A stretch of 64,000 nucleotides of DNA, taken from the NCBI GenBank assembly GCA_022709385.1, contig JAKLIX010000008.1:90654-154653 (forward strand). Direction: 5' to 3'. Source of the stretch: Bacteroidota bacterium. Its GTDB lineage: Bacteria > Bacteroidota > Bacteroidia > Bacteroidales > CAIXZF01. Below are positions 8,087 to 16,389 of the stretch, piece after piece (position 1 is the stretch's first letter; every line of letters starts with the position of its first letter). The translations under genes and the position numbers were made by a program. The notes beneath the pieces were generated by a model. That model did not search any database, was not told the origin of the DNA, and saw only the letters and a list, made by a program, of their open reading frames with translations.

Positions 8087-10964
8087 ATCCTTCATAGAAA
8101 CCCAGTTCCCGGTTTCCAAAATATCAAAAGAGAGTTATAAAGAAAGAAAGGCCGGAGCCAGCCAGACGCTCACAGGACTGGGAAAATGGTGGGGACGAAA
8201 ACCCCTGGTGCTTGTACGTGCAACTATTCTGGGCCTCTTGATGCCATCTTCCGAAGACCCCAAAAAGGACAGGGAAATCTTCCTCAAACTGCTTACCATG
8301 GATGAAGAGGGTTTGCTCAGTAGAAAAGACAAAACCCTCTCTGCAAAGGAGTTGTTCCTTCATTCCCCGCAAAGCCTCAGAATCAGATATTTTGATCCTT
8401 CCTCCACAGTAGAAAAGGTAATCTGGCGAGATAACATCGGCAAAGAGGATACGGATGAACTTCAGGATAAGGTGTTTAAGGCTTTGAGCTATGACGACAA
8501 ACTGAAGTATTGCCTGAGGCCGGAGCATCTGGAAGGTCCTTCATCAGATACATGGGAAGAAATCAATGCCCATCTGAATACCTCAGCCCACTCCCTGCAA
8601 GAACTGGTCAACGAGCTGGGAATCCGGATTTTTGGTCACACACCAAGAATCGGGGATGCCTTCTGCGGCGGGGGATCCATACCTTTTGAAGCAGCCCGCC
8701 TGGGTTGTGACGTTTACGCCAGTGACCTGAACCCGGCTGCTGCACTGCTTACCTGGGCTTCCCTGAATATCATCGGCGGCGGCGAAAAAGTCCAGAAAGA
8801 AGTGCGTGAAGCTCAGGAAGAAGCCTTCCGGCTTGCCGACGGACAGATCACCGAATTGGGCATCGAACACAATGACAAGGGCTGGAGAGCTGATGCCTAC
8901 CTCTATTGCATAGAAGCAAGAAGCCCGAACAGCGGCTATTGGGTGCCACTTGCCCCGAGTTGGATCATATCAGAAAAATACAAGGTTTGTGCAGTTTTAC
9001 GGCCCGACCATGCCAATAAACGCTACCATATTGATATAGTTACTGATGCCGACAGTCAAACGTTCGCGAAGGCCAAACAGGGAACCATCCGGAATGGCGA
9101 ACTCATATGCCCGGAAGATCCCACAAAATCTTATGACATTTCCACCATCCGGGGTGACCGGAGAATGGATGGGGAAACCCGTTACGGTTTGAGACAATGG
9201 GAAAACGAAGATATAGTCCCTCGGCCCGAAGATGTCTTCCAGGAAAGGCTTTATTGCGTAAGGTACATAGGTCCTGATGGAAATCGCTATTATGTGGCAC
9301 CCGGCCCACGGGAATGGCAAAATGAAGAAAAGGTCCTTAATCTCATCCAAGAGAGATTTGAGGAATGGCAAGAGAAAGGATATATTCCCAGCTCGCTGAT
9401 TCCAGAAGGTGATAAAACAGAAGAACCAAAAAGAACCCGTGGTTGGACCCATTGGCATCATCTCTTTAATCCGAGGCAGTTGATTTACCATGGGCTTTTC
9501 ATGCAAAGCCTGATGGGAAAAGGCAACAATGAAAGACATCAAAAAGTCGGTGGCTGCATTTCTATTGGGGCTGCAATTGACAACCAATCAAGATTATGCG
9601 GATGGAATCCACATTTTTCAAAAGGCCCAGGTACCACAAGGAATGTATTTTTCAATCAGGCTTTGAACACACAGTATTATTATGGCACAAGAAGTTTTGG
9701 AGGAGTCCTCGATTTTTACCTCTCGGATCTACCGTATGAAAAAAAACTCACCCCTGAAATAAAAGTAGTGACATCTGATGCCCGGGAGAATCAGGACACT
9801 AATGAATTTTGGATCACTGACCCGCCCTATGCTGATGCAATCAATTATCATGAGCTTGGTGATTTCTTTTTAAGCTGGTATGAAAAGCATATAGGGAATA
9901 CTTTCCCAGAATGGTATTCGGAATCAAAAGCAGCATTAGCTGTCAAGGGGACGGGAAGTTCCTTTAACCAGAGTATGGTAGATTGCTACCAGAATTTCAC
10001 CCGGCATATGCCTGACAATGGTGCCCAGGTGGTCATGTTCACCCACCAGGACAGTCGGGTCTGGGCCGACCTGGCATTAATTTTATGGGCCTCGGGCCTC
10101 CAGGTCACAGCCGCCTGGACTATACAAACCGAGACCGATTCTGTAGGGATAAAATCAGGTAATTATGTGCAGGGTACCGTAATTATGGTCCTCAGGAAAC
10201 AGCAGACCAGCAATATTGCTTTTTTAAGCGACATCCAGGCGGATGTGGAATATGAGGTCAAGCAGGAACTCCGGAGCATGCTGGCCCTGGATGACCGGGA
10301 TGATCCCAATTTCGGGGATACGGATTACCAGCTTGCAGCCTATGTGGCTGCCTTGCGGGTAATTACGAGGTATAAAAAGATAGAAGACATTGATGTTCAC
10401 TACGAATTGAGCAGGGAAAGGCAGGCCGGGGAGGTCAGTGAGATCCAGGAGATCATCAAAAGTGCCGTGAAGGTTGCCTGTGAATACCTGGTACCCGGTG
10501 GCTTTGACGCTTCCGTGTGGAGACAACTCAGCGGCGAAGAACGCTTTTATCTCAAGGGCCTTGAAATCCAAAGCCATGGGGAATACCGGAATGGTGTATT
10601 CCAGGAACTTGCCCGTGGGTTCGGCCTGAGGGATTACAAACTGTTTCTGCAAACAGGTTCGGCCAATGAAACCCGGCTGGCCTCAGCTGTAGAGTTTAAC
10701 AATAAGGAGCTTCAAACCGAGGGATTCGGCAGTACGCTGGTCAGGCATGTTTTATTCGCCGTCAGGGAAACGCACAAGAACCAGTCTGCACGTTCCGGCC
10801 GGCAGTGGCTGTACAACGAGTTGCCCGATTATTGGGGGAGCCGCCTGCGGATCATCCATATTCTGGCCTACCTGCAAAGACTGGGCATCTATCTGGACAA
10901 CTGGCAGGATGATGTTTATGCAGCCCGGCTGTTGCAGGGCTATCTTGAAAATGATACGATATGA
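8079..10964 (+). CDS. DUF1156-domain DNA amino-methyltransferase (N6-adenine or N4-cytosine class)
   Basis: N-terminal DUF1156 signature 'ETQFPVSKISKESYKER...LTGLGKWWGRKPLVLVRA'. SAM motif I 'DAFCGGGSIPFEAARLG' starts at nt 8655. Catalytic motif IV 'DPPY' is at nt 9819-9830. Confidence 0.88.
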   Translation: MNKSFIETQFPVSKISKESYKERKAGASQTLTGLGKWWGRKPLVLVRATILGLLMPSSEDPKKDREIFLKLLTMDEEGLLSRKDKTLSAKELFLHSPQSLRIRYFDPSSTVEKVIWRDNIGKEDTDELQDKVFKALSYDDKLKYCLRPEHLEGPSSDTWEEINAHLNTSAHSLQELVNELGIRIFGHTPRIGDAFCGGGSIPFEAARLGCDVYASDLNPAAALLTWASLNIIGGGEKVQKEVREAQEEAFRLADGQITELGIEHNDKGWRADAYLYCIEARSPNSGYWVPLAPSWIISEKYKVCAVLRPDHANKRYHIDIVTDADSQTFAKAKQGTIRNGELICPEDPTKSYDISTIRGDRRMDGETRYGLRQWENEDIVPRPEDVFQERLYCVRYIGPDGNRYYVAPGPREWQNEEKVLNLIQERFEEWQEKGYIPSSLIPEGDKTEEPKRTRGWTHWHHLFNPRQLIYHGLFMQSLMGKGNNERHQKVGGCISIGAAIDNQSRLCGWNPHFSKGPGTTRNVFFNQALNTQYYYGTRSFGGVLDFYLSDLPYEKKLTPEIKVVTSDARENQDTNEFWITDPPYADAINYHELGDFFLSWYEKHIGNTFPEWYSESKAALAVKGTGSSFNQSMVDCYQNFTRHMPDNGAQVVMFTHQDSRVWADLALILWASGLQVTAAWTIQTETDSVGIKSGNYVQGTVIMVLRKQQTSNIAFLSDIQADVEYEVKQELRSMLALDDRDDPNFGDTDYQLAAYVAALRVITRYKKIEDIDVHYELSRERQAGEVSEIQEIIKSAVKVACEYLVPGGFDASVWRQLSGEERFYLKGLEIQSHGEYRNGVFQELARGFGLRDYKLFLQTGSANETRLASAVEFNNKELQTEGFGSTLVRHVLFAVRETHKNQSARSGRQWLYNELPDYWGSRLRIIHILAYLQRLGIYLDNWQDDVYAARLLQGYLENDTI

Positions 10965-12649
10965 CAGAAGCTCAGATTAGAACATATCTTTCTCAAGGCG
11001 AGGGACTCAGAATTGAATTCAAAAAATCAAGGCTGGCCTTACCTGGCAACTTGTTTGAGAGTGTTTGCTCATTTCTGAACCATAGTGGAGGGACAATCTT
11101 GCTTGGCGTTGATAATGATGGCAGCTTTGAAGGTGTAGATAGAACTACGCTTGACAAACTGATGGACAACGTTGCAACCCTATCCAATAATCCTGAATTT
11201 CTTGACCCGCCGTTCCTCCTGTTCCCGATCAAACATGAAATTGACGGGGAGAATATTATTGTTATTCAAGTCCCGGAAAGCTCACAAGTACACAAGTTTA
11301 AAGGTATAGTTTTTGACAGAAGCAGGGACGGGGATTTTAAAGTGATTAAGCCTGAAAGAATCGCTGAAATTGCAAACCGGAAAAGAAACCTGTTTACTGA
11401 AGGCAGAATATTGCCTTTCCTTGAATATAAACATTTCAGGGAAGACCTGTTTGAAAAAGCCAGGGCACTGATTCGTTCAAGAAAACCAGATCATCCATGG
11501 CTTTTGTTTGATAACCCGACATTACTCGAAAAAGCGGGCCTTTATAAAACTGACCTTCAGACCGGCGAAGTGGGCTATACCCTTGCTGCTTTGTTATTGT
11601 TTGGAAGAAATGAATTCATTGAAAGCACACTTCCGGCGCTAAAAATTGATGCACTTGTCAGAATAGAAAATACTGATCGCTATGACGACCGGGATGAAAT
11701 CAGGCATACTAACCTGATAGAAGCATATGAAAGGTTAATGGCGTTTGTCGGCAAACACCTCCCGGATAAGTTCCACCTGGAAAACGGGCAAAATGTAAGT
11801 TTAAGGGACATTATCTTCAGGGAAGTTATTGCAAATATCCTGGTGCACAGGGAATATACCCATGCGATGCCAACCACATTTGTCATTTATCAGGATAGGG
11901 TTGAAACTCTCAATCCGAATAATCCACATTTCCATGGGTTAATTCTACCCGAAAAAGTGGTTCCCTTCCCTAAGAATCCTGCCATATCAAAATTCTTTAT
12001 TCAATTGGGCAGGGTTGAAGAATTAGGATCAGGGGTTATGAATGTCAGTAAGTACCTACCCCATTACACCCAGGGTGCATTACCACAGTTTATTGAAAAT
12101 GATGTATTTACGACGATTATACCGCTTAAGGTGCACACACTTGGGGCGTTAGCAAAGGAATTTTTGAGGGCCATTCTGCCCGGGCACATACAAGCAGAAG
12201 AGGTGCTTACATTGCTTACAAGTCTCCAGATCACATCAGAAATTGCAAAAGAAGCCCACGATCCTGGCCTGTTGTTTTATCGATTGGGAGTATGCTGGAT
12301 GGAAAAAGGGCTTAAGCTGCTTAGAGATAAAGATCATGATATCAGCAAACTAACAAAAGAAGAAGAAATAAAGGGACTAAGCTGGGAGGAAAAAGGGACT
12401 AAGCTGATCGAAAAAGGACTGTTAAACATGGTTCAGATTCTGATACTATGTTTAAGGGAAAAAAGTTTACAGGAACTGGCTGATATCACGGGGTATTCAA
12501 ACAGATCGAAATATAAATCCTCCTATATTGACCCGTTAGTTAACTATAGGTTAATAGAATTAACCATTCCGGACAAACCAAAGTCCCCTGCCCAAAAATA
12601 TAAAACAACCGTTGCAGGAAGGTATTTCCTTGGAGGTGGACAAATTTAA
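10961..12649 (+). CDS. Schlafen/AlbA_2 (divergent AAA_4) + HATPase_c_4-like + C-terminal wHTH protein
   Basis: N-terminal 'YLSQGEGLRIEFKKS...ESVCSFLNHSGGTILLGVDNDG' is typical of AlbA_2. Mid-protein 'REVIANILVHREY' is the HATPase-like part. C-terminal 'PDKPKSPAQKYKTTVAGRYFL' is a typical wHTH tail. The start overlaps the methylase stop (ATGA). Confidence 0.8.
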   Translation: MTEAQIRTYLSQGEGLRIEFKKSRLALPGNLFESVCSFLNHSGGTILLGVDNDGSFEGVDRTTLDKLMDNVATLSNNPEFLDPPFLLFPIKHEIDGENIIVIQVPESSQVHKFKGIVFDRSRDGDFKVIKPERIAEIANRKRNLFTEGRILPFLEYKHFREDLFEKARALIRSRKPDHPWLLFDNPTLLEKAGLYKTDLQTGEVGYTLAALLLFGRNEFIESTLPALKIDALVRIENTDRYDDRDEIRHTNLIEAYERLMAFVGKHLPDKFHLENGQNVSLRDIIFREVIANILVHREYTHAMPTTFVIYQDRVETLNPNNPHFHGLILPEKVVPFPKNPAISKFFIQLGRVEELGSGVMNVSKYLPHYTQGALPQFIENDVFTTIIPLKVHTLGALAKEFLRAILPGHIQAEEVLTLLTSLQITSEIAKEAHDPGLLFYRLGVCWMEKGLKLLRDKDHDISKLTKEEEIKGLSWEEKGTKLIEKGLLNMVQILILCLREKSLQELADITGYSNRSKYKSSYIDPLVNYRLIELTIPDKPKSPAQKYKTTVAGRYFLGGGQI

Positions 12650-12660
12650 ATGACTCATTA

Positions 12661-15378
12661 ATGATCAACCGATATTCTTCAAGGACACTGCCGCTGGATG
12701 AGAGCTTATTAAATGCTAGGCTTCTCAATGCGAAATCTTATGACCGGGTGGCTGGGTACTTCAGCTCTTCTATCCTTGAAATTGCCGGTGAATCCATCAA
12801 CTCCATTCAAGGGACCGTCAGGATCATCTGTAATTCCGAGATGGAGGAAGCAGATGTGGTCACGGCACGGGCTGCGGAAATGTCGATGAAACGGGAATGG
12901 TGCAACAGTATAGACACCAGGCTGAATTACACCGGAACCGACCGGTTTTCAAAACTATACTCCTTACTTACCTCCAATAAAATTGAAGTGAGGGTTCTGC
13001 CCTCCACTACTTTCGGGCTGATTCACGGGAAAATAGGCGTTGTCACAGGATCTGACGGAAAAAAGATGGCTTTTATCGGCAGCACCAATGAAACTTATGC
13101 TGCCTGGCGGATGAACTACGAGGTTGTTTGGGAAGACGATTCCCCGGAGGCAGTGGAATGGGCACAATCAGAATTTGATGCGTTGTGGCAGCATCCTCAT
13201 GTTACCCGATTATCTGATTTTATTATACAGGACATCGGCAGGATCGCAAAAAGAAAGATCATAAACCTGGATTCCTGGCAGGCCATTAAGCAACCGGCCA
13301 GTGTCGTAGTGGAGAGCCCTGTTTACAGATCCGAATACGGTTTATGGGCACACCAGAAGTATTTTGTAAAAAAGGCTTTTGACGATCATCTTTCAGGAAA
13401 GGGAGCCCGTTACTTATTAGCCGACCAGGTTGGACTTGGAAAGACCGTTCAACTTGCCTTATCGGCTCAACTCATGGCCCTGACCGGAAGCAAGCCGGTA
13501 CTGATTATTGTACCCCGCACCCTGCTATTTCAATGGCAGGATGAAATGAATAATCTCCTTGCCATGCCATCAGCTGTTTGGGACGGCAAACAATGGAATG
13601 ATGAGAACGGGGTAAAATATCCTTCAATCGGACCGGAATCCATCAGCAAATGTCCGCGCCGCGTTGGTATTGTAAGCCAGGGATTGATTACCCGGAAAAG
13701 CGAAGCTGCCTCCGCCCTTTTGAATATTGAATATGAATGTATTATCCTGGATGAATGTCACCGGGCCAGGAGAAAGAACCTAAAGGCAGATGCAGAGAAT
13801 GAACCTGTCAATCCGAACAACCTGTTGGCATTCTTATTCAAAATTGCTTCGCAAACGAAGAACCTTCTCATAGCCACGGCAACGCCTGTACAGTTATTTC
13901 CCATTGAGGCGTATGATTTGCTCGATGCCCTCAGCCGAAGCAATGACCACGTACTTGGTAACGTATTTTCCCTCTGGAAGAAAGACAAAAAACTTATCCT
14001 CGATCTGGTAACGGAGAAACAGGATCCTCCAATGAGCTTCAGTTCAATGTGGGAATGGGTAAGGAATCCTTTTCCGGCTACATCAGAAAATGACCAGTTA
14101 TTTGGCTCAATCCGTCGTAGATTGAATATGTCAGATAAAGACGCTGTCGTTGAAGGAAACAGGGAAATCGAAATGAAACCGGCCGATAAAAACAAGATTG
14201 AACGGCTGGGTAAGGAATTCTTCACTCTGTACAACCCCTTTATCAGGCATATTGTGAGAAGGACAAGGGAATTTCTGGAAAATGAAAACGATCCTTCGAC
14301 CGGTGAACCCTACCTGAAAAAGGTTGAAGTTACCCTCTTTGGTGAGGATAGCAAAGACGCTATCCTCTTACCAGGCTACCTGAGAGATGCCTACGAATCA
14401 GCGGAAGAGTTTTGCAGACTTCTTGGAGAACGAATGAAATCGGCGGGATTTATGAAGACCATGCTTCTCAGGCGGATGGGAAGTTCCCTCGAAGCCGGCA
14501 AAAATACAACCATGAAGATCCTTGGGAACTTGTCAGAGGAAATCTTCCAGGAAGAAGATGATAATGAATCAAGTGAAGAGGAAAATATGGTGCTGGAACA
14601 GGAGGTTTCTTCCCTCACGGCATCCCTGACCAATAAGGAAAAAGAAGTCCTTCAATTATTGCTCAGGCAATTAGAAAAACACCAGGATAAAGATCCTAAA
14701 TACTTCAAGATCAAAGAATTCTTGTTCGACCGGGGCTGGATGGAGTCGGGTTGTATCCTGTTTTCTCAATATTTCGACACCTGCTGGTATATGGCAAACC
14801 AGCTTTCATCTGAACTGAAAGACATTTCAATCGGCGTGTATGCAGGGGGGAATAAATCAGGACTGCTGATTAAAGGCATATTTACGCCCTACACCCGGGA
14901 AGACTTGAAAAAGATGGTCCAGGCAGGCAAGATCAGACTCCTGTTCGGAACAGATGCTGCAAGTGAAGGTTTAAACTTACAGAAACTCGGAACATTGATC
15001 AATATTGACCTTCCCTGGAACCCAACCCGTCTGGAACAACGCAAGGGCCGGATTCAACGCATCGGACAAATCAGGGATAAAGTGCTTATTTACAACATGC
15101 GCTATAAAGACTCCATTGAAGACAAGGTGCATGGGATACTATCGAGCCGGTTAAAGAAGATCTACGATATGTTCGGGCAATTACCAGATGTGCTGGAGGA
15201 TGTTTGGATTGAGGCAGCACAGGGGCATATCGAGAAGGCCAACGAGATCATTGATGCCATCCCCAACCAGCATCCGTTTGAGATGAAATACAACAAAGTC
15301 GAGCAAATCGACTGGGAGAGCTGCTCGGAGGTTTTGAATGAGGTGGAGAGAAGAGAAATACTAAATAAATCCTGGTAA
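12661..15378 (+). CDS. PLD-family (HKD) nuclease domain fused to an SNF2-type helicase
   Basis: N-terminal 'GLIHGKIGVV...FIGSTNET' (H-x-K ... G-S-x-N) at nt 13024-13095. SNF2 motif I 'DQVGLGKT' at nt 13432-13446. Motif II 'LDECH' at nt 13750-13761. Motif VI 'EQRKGRIQRIGQ'. Confidence 0.88.
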   Translation: MINRYSSRTLPLDESLLNARLLNAKSYDRVAGYFSSSILEIAGESINSIQGTVRIICNSEMEEADVVTARAAEMSMKREWCNSIDTRLNYTGTDRFSKLYSLLTSNKIEVRVLPSTTFGLIHGKIGVVTGSDGKKMAFIGSTNETYAAWRMNYEVVWEDDSPEAVEWAQSEFDALWQHPHVTRLSDFIIQDIGRIAKRKIINLDSWQAIKQPASVVVESPVYRSEYGLWAHQKYFVKKAFDDHLSGKGARYLLADQVGLGKTVQLALSAQLMALTGSKPVLIIVPRTLLFQWQDEMNNLLAMPSAVWDGKQWNDENGVKYPSIGPESISKCPRRVGIVSQGLITRKSEAASALLNIEYECIILDECHRARRKNLKADAENEPVNPNNLLAFLFKIASQTKNLLIATATPVQLFPIEAYDLLDALSRSNDHVLGNVFSLWKKDKKLILDLVTEKQDPPMSFSSMWEWVRNPFPATSENDQLFGSIRRRLNMSDKDAVVEGNREIEMKPADKNKIERLGKEFFTLYNPFIRHIVRRTREFLENENDPSTGEPYLKKVEVTLFGEDSKDAILLPGYLRDAYESAEEFCRLLGERMKSAGFMKTMLLRRMGSSLEAGKNTTMKILGNLSEEIFQEEDDNESSEEENMVLEQEVSSLTASLTNKEKEVLQLLLRQLEKHQDKDPKYFKIKEFLFDRGWMESGCILFSQYFDTCWYMANQLSSELKDISIGVYAGGNKSGLLIKGIFTPYTREDLKKMVQAGKIRLLFGTDAASEGLNLQKLGTLINIDLPWNPTRLEQRKGRIQRIGQIRDKVLIYNMRYKDSIEDKVHGILSSRLKKIYDMFGQLPDVLEDVWIEAAQGHIEKANEIIDAIPNQHPFEMKYNKVEQIDWESCSEVLNEVERREILNKSW

Positions 15379-15418
15379 ATAATAATTTTAAGTAAACATC
15401 ATCACAAAATACATCATT

Positions 15419-16366
15419 ATGAGCAAGATAATATTTATGAGAATTGCCTGGATGAAATTCTATAAGGGGAATACCAAGCAAGATAAACCTATAGGTGCAG
15501 GAGCATATGTTCAAGAAAATGAAGATGGCGGTGAAGTTTGCAATTTCCTTGATATAAATGGCTTGTGCTATGGATATGCAAGAATGCCCCCAGGCAGGAA
15601 TATTGATATTAAGCGAGAAGGAGCCAGCCCATTTGACACATCAGTAAATGATGTAGATGTAATCTTTATTGCGACAAATCCGAAAGATGGTGGTCAGTAT
15701 ATTGTTGGATTTTACAATAATGCTATTGTTTATAAGAAACCTCAAACAATAAAAAACAAGAAACGTGGAAACCACAATAACTATGTTTGCTTATGTCCTT
15801 CAAAATCAGCATTTCTTGTATCTGAAAAAGATAGGGTATATGATATCACCGGTGCTGGGCAAGCTAATATCTGGCATGCCAGTGAGTACTTAACTAACAC
15901 TGAGTTACGAAGATTGACAACTTATCTTCTCAAAGTTAAAGGATCATTGCAAACGGCACGTAAATCTTCAGGTAGCTTTAATTCGAATATAAAAGCTAAC
16001 GCTGAAGCTGAGATGAAGGCGATGGAGTATGTAAAGCAATATTTCGAAAGCAATGAATTTAAGGTAATAGATATTCACAAGGATAATTTAGGTTGGGATT
16101 TTACTGCTATCAAAAATACAGTTGAGTACCAACTCGAGGTCAAAGGATTGTCTGGGAACTTCACCTCAATTGATCTGACACCCAATGAATTTGATAAGAT
16201 GGAAAACAAAAAATCAACCTATCTAGTTTGTATTGTTTCAAATCTTGGAACCGGGGAGGCACCAAAATTGGATTTAATTTCCTATTATGGTAGTACTCTC
16301 AAATCGGACAGTGGCATCGAAATGAAGATTACTAAAATTATTGGTGCAAGAATTTCAAGAAAATAA
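15419..16366 (+). CDS. two-domain protein: unknown N-terminal domain + DUF3883-type (restriction-endonuclease-fold) C-terminal domain
   Basis: C-terminal 'EAEMKAMEYVKQYF...GWDFTAI...YQLEVKGLSG...IDLTPNEF...YLVCIV' fits the DUF3883/NOV_C nuclease-fold pattern. I do not recognise the first ~190 aa. The gene is very AT-rich. Confidence 0.65.
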   Translation: MSKIIFMRIAWMKFYKGNTKQDKPIGAGAYVQENEDGGEVCNFLDINGLCYGYARMPPGRNIDIKREGASPFDTSVNDVDVIFIATNPKDGGQYIVGFYNNAIVYKKPQTIKNKKRGNHNNYVCLCPSKSAFLVSEKDRVYDITGAGQANIWHASEYLTNTELRRLTTYLLKVKGSLQTARKSSGSFNSNIKANAEAEMKAMEYVKQYFESNEFKVIDIHKDNLGWDFTAIKNTVEYQLEVKGLSGNFTSIDLTPNEFDKMENKKSTYLVCIVSNLGTGEAPKLDLISYYGSTLKSDSGIEMKITKIIGARISRK

Positions 16367-16389
16367 TCATATCAATTTCAAGGACTTTT

